NCBI RefSeq assembly: GCF_009914755.1 | Contig: NC_060937.1 | Reading direction: 5' to 3' (one strand) | DNA length: 64,000 bases | Source: the human T2T-CHM13v2.0 reference genome, Homo sapiens | Shown here: positions 32,051 to 46,999 of the stretch, piece by piece | Numbering within the stretch: the stretch's first letter is position 1 | How the letters are laid out: every line of letters starts with the position of its first letter | Notes under the pieces: generated by a model | The model's database searches: none | What the model saw: the letters and a program-made list of their open reading frames with translations, nothing else | Told to the model about the DNA's origin: nothing | Translations under genes and position numbers: made by a program

Positions 32051-32470
32051 GTACATCAAATATCAAAGTTCACAAACTATATATTATATACTGTACATAA
32101 AATATCAAAGTACCCATGGTATATATTCTATACTGTACAAAAAATATCAAAGTACCCAAAGCATGTATTATATACTGTACATAAAATATGAAAGTACATC
32201 AAATATATATTTTATTCTGTATATAAAATATCAAAGTACACCAGATATATATTCTATAGTGTACATCAAATATCAAAGTTCACAAACTATATATTATATA
32301 CTGTACATAAAATATCAAAGTACCCATGGTATATATTCTATACTGTACAAAAAATATCAAAGTACCCAAAGCATGTATTATATACTGTACATAAAATATG
32401 AAAGTACATCAAATATATATTTTATTCTGTATATAAAATATCAAAGTACACCAGATATATATTCTATAGT
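32051..32470 (+). repeat. Two tandem 210-bp 5-monomer HORs (M2-M6)
   Basis: GTGTACATCAAATATCAAAGTTCAC junctions at ~32051 and ~32261. Both units carry ACCCATGGT and CTGTATATA variants. Confidence 0.93.
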
Positions 32471-32849
32471 GTACATAAAATATCAAAGTACCCAAACTAT
32501 ACATTATATACTGTACATAAAATATGAAATTACATCAAATATATATTAGGTACTTAAAATATGAAAGTACATCAAATATAGATTATATACTGTACATAAA
32601 ATATCAAAGTAACCCAAATATATATTATATATTCTACATGAAATATCAAATTTCACAAACTATATATTATATACTGTAAATAAAATATCAAAATTCCCAA
32701 GTTATATATTCTATACTGTACAAAAAATATCAAAGTACCCAAAGCATGTATTATATACTGTATATAAAATATGAAAGTACATCAAATATATATTTTATTC
32801 TGTACATAAAATATCAAAGTACACCAGATATATATTCTATAGTGTACAT

Positions 32850-35510
32850 AAAATAACAAAGTACACAAACTATAAATTATATACTGTACATAAAATATGC
32901 AATTACATCAAATATATTTTAGGTACATAAAATATGAAAGTACATCAAATATAGATTATATACTGTACATAAAACATCAAAGTACCCCAAATATATATTA
33001 TATACTCTACATGAAATATCAAAGTTCACAAACTATATATTATATACTGTACATAAAATATCAAAGTACCCAAGGTATATATTCTATACTGTACAAAAAA
33101 TATCAAAGTACCCAAAGCATGTATTATATACTGTACATAAAATATCAAAGTACATCAAATATATATTTTATTCTGTACATAAAATATCAAAGTACACCAG
33201 ATATATATTCTATAGTGTACATAAAATATCAAAGTACCCAAACTATACATTATATACTGTACATAAAATATGAAATTACATCAAATATATATTATATTAG
33301 GTACATAAAATATGAAAGTACATCAAATATAGATTATATACTGTTCATAAAATATCAAAGTACCCCAAATATATATTATATACTCTACATGAAATATCAA
33401 AGTTCACAAACTATATATTATATACTGTACATAAAATATCATAGTACCCAAGGTATATATTCTATACTGTAGAAAAAATATCAAAGTATCCAAAGCATGT
33501 ATTATATACTGTATATAAAATATGAAAGTACATTAAATATATATTTTATTCTGTACATAAAATATCAAAGTACACCAGATATATATTCTATAGTGTACAT
33601 AAAATAACAAAGTACACAAACTATAAATTATATACTGTACATAAAATATGAAATAACATCAAATATATATTAGGTACATAAAATATGAAAGTACATCAAA
33701 TATAGATTATATACTGTACATATAATATCAATGTACCCCAAATATATATTTTATACTCTACATGAAATATCAAAGTTCACAAACCATACATTATATACTG
33801 TACATAAAATATCAAAGTACCCAAGGTATATATTCTATAATGTACAAAAAATATCAAAGTACCCAAAGCATGTATTATATACTGTACATAAAATATGAAA
33901 GTACATCAAATATATATTTTATTCTGTACATAAAATATCAAAGTACACCAGATATATATTCTATAGTGTACATAAAATATCAAAGTACCCCAACTATACA
34001 TTATACACTGTACATAAAATATGAAATTACATCAAATATATATTAGGTACATTAAATATGAAAGTACATCAAATATAGATTATATACAGTACATAAAATA
34101 TCAAAGTACCCCAAATATATATTATATACTCTACATGAAATATCAAAGTTCACAAACTATATATTATATACTGTAAATAAAATATCAAAGTACCCAAGGT
34201 ATATATTCTATACTGTACAAAAAATATCAAAGTACCCAAAGCATGTATTATATACTGTACATAAAATATGAAATTACATCAAATATATATTTTATTCTGT
34301 ACATAAAATATCAAAGTACACCAGATATATATTCTATAGTGTACATAAAATAACAAAGTACACAAACTATAAATTATATACTGTACATAAAATATGAAAT
34401 TACATCAAATATATATTAGGTACATAAAATATGAAAGTGCATCAAATATAGATTATATACTGTACATAAAATATCAATGTACCCCAAATATATATTTTAT
34501 TCTCTACATGAAATATCAAAGTTCACAAACCATATATTATATACTGTACATAAAATATCAAAGTACCCAAGGTATATATTCTATACTGTACAAAAAATAT
34601 CAAAGTACACAAAGCATGTATTATATACTGTACATAAAATATGAAAGTACATCAAATATATATTTTATTCTGTACATAAAATATCAAAGTACACCAGATA
34701 TATATTCTATAGTGTACATAAAATATCAAAAGTACACAAACTATAAATTATATACTGTACATAAAATATGCAATTACATCAAATATATTTTAGGTACATA
34801 AAATATGAAAGTACATCAAATATAGATTATATACTGTACATAAAACATCAAAGTACCCCAAATATATATTATATACTCTACATGAAATATCAAAGTTCAC
34901 AAACTATATATTATATACTGTACATAAAATATCAAAGTACCCAAGGTATATATTCTATACTGTACAAAAAATATCAAAGTACCCAAAGCATGTATTATAT
35001 ACTGTACATAAAATATCAAAGTACATCAAATATATATTTTATTCTGTACATAAAATATCAAAGTACACCAGATATATATTCTATAGTGTACATAAAATAT
35101 CAAAGTACCCAAACTATACATTATATACTGTACATAAAATATGAAATTACATCAAATATATATTATATTAGGTACATAAAATATGAAAGTACATCAAATA
35201 TAGATTATATACTGTTCATAAAATATCAAAGTACCCCAAATATATATTATATACTCTACATGAAATATCAAAGTTCACAAACTATATATTATATACTGTA
35301 CATAAAATATCATAGTACCCAAGGTATATATTCTATACTGTAGAAAAAATATCAAAGTATCCAAAGCATGTATTATATACTGTATATAAAATATGAAAGT
35401 ACATTAAATATATATTTTATTCTGTACATAAAATATCAAAGTACACCAGATATATATTCTATAGTGTACATAAAATAACAAAGTACACAAACTATAAATT
35501 ATATACTGTA
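32850..35510 (+). repeat. ~0.8-kb block duplicated at offset 1,871 bp (~32850-33640 and ~34730-35510)
   Basis: ORFs 32897..33472 and 34768..35343 have identical 191-aa translations with private variants (ATGCAATT, AAACATCAA, CTGTTCAT, CATAGTAC). Confidence 0.9.
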
Positions 35511-37957
35511 CATAAAATATGAAATTACATCAAATATATATTAGGTACATAAAATATGAAAGCACATCAAATATAGTTTATATACTGTACATATATCAAT
35601 GTACCCGAAATATATATTTTATACTGTACATGAAATATCAAAGTTCACAAACCATACATTATATACTGTACATAAAATATCAAAGTACCCAAGGTATACA
35701 TTCTATACTGTACGAAAAATATCAAAGTACCCAAAGCATGTATTATATACTGTACATAAAATATGAAAGTACATCAAATATATATTTTATTCTGTACATA
35801 AAATATCAAAGTACACCAGATATATATTCTATAGTGTACATAAAATATCAAAGTACCCAAACTATACATTATATACTGTACATAAAATATGAAATTACAT
35901 CAAATATATATTAGGTACATAAAATATGAAAGTACATCAAATATAGGTTATATACTGTACATAAAATATCAAAGTACACCAAATATATATTATATACTCT
36001 ACATGAAATATCAAAGTTCACAAACTATATATTATATACTGTACATAAAATATCAAAGTACCCAAGGTATATATTCTATACTGTACAAAAGATATCAAAG
36101 TACCCAAAGCATGTATTATATACTGTACATAAAATATGAAAGTACATCAAATATATATTTTATTCTGTACATAAAATATCAAAGTACACCAGATATATAT
36201 TCTATAGTGTACATAAGATATCAAAGTACCCAAACTATTTATTATATACTGTACATAAAATATGAAATTACATCAAATATATATTATATTAGGTACATAA
36301 AATATGAACGTACATCAAATATAGATTATATGCTGTACATTAAATACCAAAGTACCCCAAATATATATTTTATACTGTACATGAAATATCAAAGTTCACA
36401 AACTATATATTATATACTGTACATAAAATATCAAAGTACCCAAGGTATATATTCTATACTGTACAAAAAATATCAAAGAACCCAAAGCACGTATTATATA
36501 CTGTACATAAAATATGAAAGTACATCATATATATATTTTATTCTGTACATAAAATATCAAAGTACACCAGATATATATTCTATAGTGTACATAAAATATC
36601 AAAGTACCCAAACTATACATTATATACTGTACATAAAATATGAGATTACATCAAATATATATTATATTAGGTACAAAAAATATGAAAGTACATCAAATAT
36701 AGATTATATACTGTACATAAAATATCAAAGTACCCCAAATATATATTATATACTCTACATGAAATATCAAAGTTCACAAACTATATATTATATACTGTAC
36801 ATAAAATATCAAAGTACCCAAGGTATATATTCTATACTGTACAAAAAATATCAAAGTACGCAAAGCATGTATTATATACTGTACATAAAATATGAAAGTA
36901 CATTAAATATATATTTTATTCTGTACATAAAATATCAAAGTACACCAGATATATATTCTATAGTGTACATAAAATAACAAAGTACACAAACTATAAATTA
37001 TATACTGTACATAAAATATGAAATTACATCAAATATATATTAGGTAAATAAAATATGAAAGTACATCAAATATATATTTTATTCTGTACATAAAATATCA
37101 AAGTACACCAGATATATATTCTATAGTGTACATAAAATATCAAAGTACCCAAACTATACATTATATACTGTACATAAAATATGAAAATACATCAAATATA
37201 TTTTATATTAGGTACATAAAACATGAAAGTACATCAAATATAGATTATATACTGTACATAAAATATCAAAGTACCCCAAATATATATTATATACTCTACA
37301 TGAAATATCAAAGTTCACAAACTATATATTATATACTGTACATAAAATATCAAAGTCCCCAAGGTATATATTCTATACTGCACAAAAAATATCAAAGTAC
37401 CCAAAGCATGTATTATAAACTGTACATAAAATATGAAAGTACATCAAATATATATTTTATTCTGTACATAAAATATCAAAGTACACCAGATATATATTCT
37501 ATAGTGTACATAAAATATCAAAGTACCCAAACTATACATTATATACTGTACATAAAATATGAAATTACATCAAATATATATTAGGTCCATAAAATATGAA
37601 AGTACATCTAATATAGATTATATACTGTACATAAAATATCAATGTACCCCAAATATATATTTTATACTCTACATGAAATATCAAAGTTCAGAAACCATAT
37701 ATGGTATACTGTACATAAAATATCAAAATACCCAAGGTATATATTCTATACTGTACAAAAAATATCAAAGTACCCAAAGCATGTATTATATACTGTACAT
37801 AAAATATGAAAGTACATCAAATATATATTTTATTCTGTACATAAAATATCAAAGAACACCAGTTATATATTCTATAGTGTACATAAAATATCAAAGTACC
37901 CAAACTATACATTATATACTGTACATAAAATATGAAATTACATCAAATATATATTAG
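35505..37957 (+). repeat. Dispersed duplication, copy 2 (partner at -9,205 bp), including a 168-bp 4-mer HOR at ~37045
   Basis: Same variant series as 26300-28750. M2 to M2 spacing 36759 to 37300 is 541 = 373+168. Confidence 0.9.
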
Positions 37958-40900
37958 GTACATAAAATATGAAAGTACATCTAATATAGATTATATACTG
38001 TACATAAAATATCAATGTACCCCAAATATATATTTTATACTCTACATGAAATATCAAAGTTCAGAAACCATATATTGTATACTGTACATAAAATATCAAA
38101 ATACCCAAGATATATATTCTATACTGTACAAAAAATATCAAAGTACCCAAAGAATGTATTATATACTGTACATAAAATATGAAAGTACATCAAATATATA
38201 TTTTATTCTGTACATAAAATATCATAGTACACCAGATATATATTCTATAGTGTACATAAAATATCAAAGTACCCAAACTATACATTATATACTGTACATT
38301 AAACATGAAATTACATCAAATATATATTAGGTACATAAAATATGAAAGTACATCAAATATAGATTATATACTGTACATAAAATATCAAAGTTCCCCAAAT
38401 ATATATTATATGCTCTACATGAAATATCAAAGTTCACAAACCATATATTGTATACTGTACATAAAATATCAAATTACCCAAGGTATATATTCTATACTGC
38501 ACAAAAAATATCAAAGTACCCAAAGCATGTATTATAAACTGTACATAAAATATGAAAGTACATCAAATATATATTTTATTCTGTACATAAAATATCAAAG
38601 TACACCAGATATATATTCTATAGTGTACATAAAATATCAAAGTACCCAAACAATACATTATATACTGTACATAAAATATGAAATTACATCAAATATATAT
38701 TATATTAGGTACATAAAATATGAAAGTACATCAAATATAGATTATATACTGTACATTAAATACCAAAGTACCCCAAATATATATTTTATACTGTACATGA
38801 AATATCAAAGTTCACAAACTATATATTATATACTGTACATAAAATATCAAAGTACCCAAGGTATATATTCTATACTGTACAAAAAATATCAAAGTACCCA
38901 AAGCATGTATTATATACTGTACATAAAATATGAAAGTACATCAAATATATATTTTATTCTCTACATAAAATATCAAAGTACACCAGATATATATTCTATA
39001 GTGTACATAAAATAACAAAGTACACAAACTATAAATTATATACTGTACATAAAATATGAAATTACATCAAATATATATTAGGTACATAAAATATGAAAGT
39101 TCATCAAATATAGATTATATACTGTACATATAATATCAATGTACCCCAAATATATATTTTCTACTCTACATGAAATATCAAAGTTCACAAACCATATATT
39201 ATATACTGTACATAAAATATCAAAGTACCCAAGGTATATATTCTATACTGTACAAAAAATATCAAAGTACCCAAAGCATGTATTATATACTGTACATAAA
39301 ATATGAAAGTACATCAAATATATATTTTATTCTGTACATAAAATATCAATGTACACCAGATATATATTCTATTGTGTACATAAAATATCAAAGTACCCAA
39401 ACTATACATTATATACTGTACATAAAATATGAAATTACATCAAATATATATTATATTAGGTACATAAAATATGAAAGTACATCAAATATAGATTATATAC
39501 AGTTCATTAAATACCAAAGTACCCCAAATATATATTTTATACTGTACATGAAATATCGAAGTTCACAAACTATATATTATATACTGTACATAAAATATCA
39601 AAGTTCCCAAGGTATATATTCTATACTGTACAAAAAATATCAAAGTACCCAAAGCATGTATTATATACTGTATATAAAATATGAAATTACATCAAATATA
39701 TATTTTATTCTGTACATAAAATATCAAAGTATACCAGATATATATTATATAGTGTACATAAAATATCAAAGTACCCAAACTATACATTATATACTGTACA
39801 TAAAATATGAAATTACATCAAATATATATTAGGTACATAAAATATGAAAGTACATCAAATATAGATTATATACTGTACATGAAATACCAAAGTAACCCAA
39901 ATTTATATTATATACTGTACATGAAATATCAAAGTTCACAAACTATATATTATATACTGTACATAAAATATCAAAGTACCCAAGGTATATATTCTATACT
40001 ATACAAAAAATATCAAAGTACCCAAAGCATGTATTATATACGGTACATAAAATACGAAAGTACATCAAATATATATTTTATTCTGTACATAAAATATCAA
40101 AGTACACCAGATATATATTCTATAGTGTACATAAAATAACAAAGTACACAAACTATAAATTATATACTGTACATAAAATATGAAATTGCAACAAATATAT
40201 ATTAGGTACATAAAATATGAAAGTACATCAAATATAGATTATATACTGTATATAAAATATCAATGTACCCCAATTATATATTTTATACTCCACATGAAAT
40301 ATCAAAGTTCACAAACCATATATTATATACTGTACATAAAATATCAAAGTACCCAAGGTATACATTCTATACTGCACAAAAAATATCAAAGTACCCAAAA
40401 CATGTATTATATACTGTATATAAAATATGAAAGTACATCAAATATATATTTTATTCTGTACATAAAATATCAAAGTACACCAGATATATATTCTATAGTG
40501 TACATAAAATATCAAAGTACCCAAACTATACATTATATACTGTACATAAAATATGAAACAACATCAAATATATATTAGGTACATAAAATATGAAAGTACA
40601 TCAAATATAGATTATATTGTACATATAATATCAATGTTCCGCAAATATATATTTTGTACTCTACATGAAATATCAAAGTTCACAAACCATATATTATATA
40701 CTGTACATAAAATATCAAAGTACCCAAGGTATATATTCTATACTGTACAAAAAATATCAAAGTACCCAAAGCATGTATTATATACTGTACATAAAATATG
40801 AAAGTACATCAAATATATATTTTATTCCGTACATAAAATATCAAAGTACACCAGATATATATTCTATAGTGTACATAAAATATAAAAGTACACAAACTAT

Positions 40901-43900
40901 ACATTATATACTGTACATAAAATATGAAATTACATCAAATATATATTATATAAGGTACATAAAATATGAAAGTACATCAAATATAGATTATATACTGTAC
41001 ATTAAATACCAAAGAACCCCAAATATATATTATATACTCTACATGAAATATCAAAGTTCACAAACTATATATTATATACTGTACATAAAATATCAAAGTA
41101 CCCAAGGTATATATTCTATACTGTACAAAAAATATCAAAGTACCCAAAGCATGTATTATATACTGTACATAAAATATGAAAGTACATCAAATATATATTT
41201 TATTCTGTACATAATATATCAAAGTACACCAGATATATATTCTATAGTGTACATAAAATAAGAAAGTACACAAACTATAAATTATATACTGTACATAAAA
41301 TATGAAATTACATCAAATATATATTAGGTACATAAAATATGAAAGTACATCAAATATAGATTATATACTGTACATAAAATATCAATGTACCCCATATATA
41401 TATTTTATACTCTACATGAAATACCAAAGTTCACAAACCATATATTATATACTGTACATAAAATATCAAAGTACCCAAGGTATATATTCTATACTGTACA
41501 AAAAATATCAAAGTACCCAAAGCATGTTTTATATACTGTACGTAAAATATGAAAGTACATCAAATATATATTTTATTCTGTACATAAAATATCAAAGTAC
41601 ACCAGATATATATTCTATAGTGTACATAAAATATCAAATTACCCAAACTATACATTATATACTGTACATAAAATATGAAATTACATCAAATATATATTAT
41701 ATTAGGTACATAAAATATGAAAGTACATCAAATATAGATTATATACTGTACATAAAATATCAAAGAACCCCAAATATATATTATATACTCTACATGAAAT
41801 ATCAAAGTTCAAAAACTATATATTATATACTGTACATAAAATATCAAAGTACCCAAGGTATATATTCTATAATGTACAAAAAATATCAAAGTACCCAAAG
41901 CGTGTATTATATACTGTATATAAAATATGAAATTACATCAAATATATATTTTATTCTGTACATAAAATATCAAAGTACACCAGATATATATTCTATAGTG
42001 TACATAAAATATTAAAGTACCCAAACTATACATTATACACTGTACATAAAATATGAAATTACATCAAATATATATTATATTAGGGTCATAAAATATGAAA
42101 GTACATCAAATATAGATTATATACTGTACATTAAATACCAAAGTACCCCAAATATATATTTTATACTGTACATGAAATATCAAAGTTCACAAACTACATA
42201 TTACATACTGTACATAAAATATCAAAGTACCCAAGGTATATATTCTATACTGTACAAAAAATATCAAAGTACCCAAAGCATGTATTATATACTGTACCTA
42301 AAATATGAAAGTACATCAAATATATATTTTATTCTGTACATAAAATATCAAATTACACCAGATATATATTCTATAGTGTACATAAAATATCAAAGTACCC
42401 AAACTATACATTATATACTGTATATAAAATATGAAATTACATCAAATATATATTATATTAGGTACATAAAATATGAAAGTACATCAAATATAGATTATAC
42501 ACTGTACATAAAATATCAAAGTACCCCAAATATATATTATATACTCTACATGAAATATCAAAGTTCACAAACTATATATTATATACTGTACATAAAATAA
42601 AGTCCCCAAGGTTTATATTCTATACTGTAGAAAAAATATCAAAGTACCCAAAGCAAGTATTATATACTGTATATAAAATATGAAAGTACATCAAATATAT
42701 ATTTTATTCTGTACATAATATATCAAAGTACACCAGATATATATTCTATAGTGTACATAAAATAACAAAGTACAAAAACTATAAATTATATACTGTACAT
42801 AAAATATGAAATTACATCAAATATATATTAGGTACATAAAATATGAAAGTACATCAAATATAGATTATATACTGTACATAAAATTTCAATGTACCCCAAA
42901 TATATATTTTATACTCTACATGAAATATCAAAGTTCACAAACCATATATTATATACTGTACATAAAATATCAAAGTACCCAAGGTATATATTCTATACTA
43001 TACAAAAAATTTCAAAGTACCCAAAGCATGTATTATATACTGTACCTAAAATATGAAAGTACATCAAATATATATTTTATTCTGTACATAAAATATCAAA
43101 GTACTCCAGATATATATCCTATAGTGTACATAAAATATCAAAGTACCCAAACTATACATTATATACTGTACATAAAATATGAAATTACATCAAATATATT
43201 TTATATTAGGTACATAAAATATGAAAGTACATCAAATATAGATTATATACTGTACATTAAATACCAAAGTACCCCAAATATATATTTTATACTATACATG
43301 AAATATCAAAGTTCACAAACTATATATTATATACTGTACATATAATATCAAAGTACCCAAGGTATATATTCTATACTGTACAAAAAATAACAAAGTACCA
43401 AAATCATGTATAATATACTGTACATAAAATATGAAAGTACATCAATTATATATTTTATTCTGTACATAAAATATCAAAGTACACCAGATATATATTCTAT
43501 AGTGTACATAAAATATCAAAGTACCCAAACTATACATTATATACTGTACATAAAATATGAAATTACATCAAATATATATTATATTAGGTACATAAAATAT
43601 GAAAGTACATCAAATATAGATTATACACTGTACATAAAATATCAAAGTACCCCAAATATATATTATATACTCTACATGAAATATCAAAGTTCACAAACTA
43701 TATATTATATACTGTACATAAAATAAAGTCCCCAAGGTATATATTCTATACTGTAGAAAAAATATCAAAGTACCCAAATCATGTATTATATACTGTATAT
43801 AAAATATGAAAGTACATCAAATATATATTTTATTCTGTACATAAAATATCAAAGTACACCAGATATATATTCTATAGTGTACATAAAATAACAAAGTACA

Positions 43901-46900
43901 CAAACTATAAATTATATACTGTACATAAAATATGAAATTACATCAAATATATATTAGGTACATAAAATATGAAAGTACATCAAATATAGATTATATACTG
44001 TACATAAAATATCAATGTACCCCAAATATATATTTTATACTCTACATGAAATATCAAAGTTCACAAACCATATATTATATACTGTACATAAAATATCAAA
44101 GTACCCAAGGTATATATTCTATACTGTACAAAAAATATCAAAGTACCCAAAGCATGTATTATATACTGTACATAAAATATGAAATTACATCAAATATATA
44201 TTTTATTCTGTACATAAAATATCAAAGTACACCAGATATATATTCTATAGTGTACATAAAATATCAAAGTACCCAAACTACAAATTTTATACTTTACATA
44301 AAATATGAAATCACATCAAATATATATTAGGTACATAAAATATGAAAGTATATCAAATATAGATTATATACTGTACATAAAATATCAAAGTACCCCAAAT
44401 ATATATTATATACTCTACATGAAATATCAAAGTTCACAAACTATATATTATATACTGTACATAAAATATCAAAGTACCCAAGGTATATATTCTATATTGT
44501 ACAAAAAATATCAAAGTACCCAAAGCATCTGTTATATACTGTATATAAAATATGAAAGTACATCAAATATATATTTTATTCTGTACATAAAATATCAAAG
44601 TACACCAGATATATATTCTATAGTGTACATAAAATATCAAAGTACACAAACTATACATTATATACTGTACATAAAATATGAAATTACATCAAATATATAT
44701 TAGGTACATAAAATATGAAAGTACATCAAACATAGATTATATACTGTACATAAAATATCAAAGTACCCGAAATATATATTATATACTGTACATGAAATAT
44801 CAAAGTTCACAAACTATATATTATATACTGTAAATAAAATATCAAAGTACCCAAGGTATATGTTCTATACTGTACAAAAAATATCAAAGTACCCAAAGCA
44901 TGTATTATATACTGTACACAAAATATGAAAGTACATCAAATATATATTTTATTCCGTACATAAAATATCAAAGTACACCAGATATATATTCTATAGTGTA
45001 CATAAAATATCAAAGTTCCCAAACTATACATTATATAATGTACATAAAATATGAAATTACATCAAATATATATTAGGTACATAAAATATGAAAGTACATC
45101 AAATATAGATTATATACTGTACATAAAATATCAAAGTACCCCAAATATATTTTATATACTGTACATGAAATATCAAATTTCACAAACTATATATTATATA
45201 CTGTACATAAAATATCAAAGTACCCAAGGTATATATTCTATACTGTACAAAAAATATCAAAGTACCCAAAGCATGTATTATATACTGTACATAAAATATG
45301 AAAGTACATCAAATATGTATTTTATTCTGTACATAGAATATGAAAGTACACCAGATATATATTCTATAGTGTACATAATATAACAAAGTACACAAACTAT
45401 ACATTATATACTGTACATAAAATATGAAATTACATCAAATATATATTAGGTACATAAAATATGAAAGTACATCAAATATAGATTATATACTGTACATAAA
45501 ATATCAAAGTACCCCAAATATATATTATATAATGTACATGAAATATCAAAGTTCACAAACCATATATTATATACTGTACATAAAATATCAAAGTACCCAA
45601 GGTATATATTCTATACTGTACAAAAAATATCAAAGTAACCAAAGCATGTATTATATACTGTACATAAAATATGAAATTACGTCATATATATATTTTATTC
45701 TGTACATAAAATATCAAAGTACACCAGATATATATTCTATAGTGTACATAAAATATCAAAGTACCCAATCTATACATTATATACTGTACATAAAATATGA
45801 AATTACATCAAATATATATTAGGTACATAAAATATGAATGTACATCAAATATAGATTATATACTGTACATAAAATATCAAAGTACCCTAAATATATATTA
45901 TATACTCTACAAGAAATATCAAAGTTCACACACTATATATTATATACTGTACATAAAATATCAAAGTACCCAAGGTATATATTGTATACTGTACAAAAAA
46001 TATCAAAGAACCCAAACCATGTATTATATACTGTACATAAAATATGAAAGTACATCAAATATATATTTTATTCTGTATATAAAATATCAAAGTACACCAG
46101 ATATATATTCTATAGTGTACATAAAATAACAAAGTACGCAAACTATACATTATATACTGTACATAAAATATGAAATTACATCAAATATATATTAGGTACA
46201 TAAAATATGAAAGTACATCAAATATAGATTATATACTGTACATAAAATATCAATGTACCCCAAATATATATTTTGTACTCTACATGGAATATCAAAGTTC
46301 ACAAACCATATATTATATACTGTACATAAAATATCAAGGTACCCAAGGTATATATTCTATACTGTACAAAAAATATCAAAGTACACAAAGCATGTATTAT
46401 ATACTGTACATAAAATATGAAAGTACATCAAATATATATTTTATTCTGTTCGTAAAATATCAAAGTACACCAGATATATATTCTATAGTGTACATAAAAT
46501 ATCAAAGTACCCAAACTATACATTATATACTGTACATAAAATATGAAATTACATCAAATATATATTATATTAGGTACATAAAATATGAAAGTACATCAAA
46601 TATAGATTATATACTATATAATAAAAATACCAATGTACCCAAATATATATTTTATACTGTACATGAAATATCAAAGTTCACAAACTATATATTATATACT
46701 GTACATAAAATATCAAAGTACCCAACGTATATATTCTATACTGTACAAAAAATATCAAAGTACCCAAAACATGTATTATATACTGTACATAAAATATGAA
46801 AGTACAACAAATATATATTTTATTCCGTACATAAAATATCAAAGTACACCAGATATATATTCTATAGCGTACATAAAATATCAAAGTACACAAACTATAC

Positions 46901-46999
46901 ATTATATAGTGTACATAAAATATGAAATTACATCAAATATATATTATATTAGGTACATAAAATATGAAAGTACATCAAATATAGATTATATACTCTACA

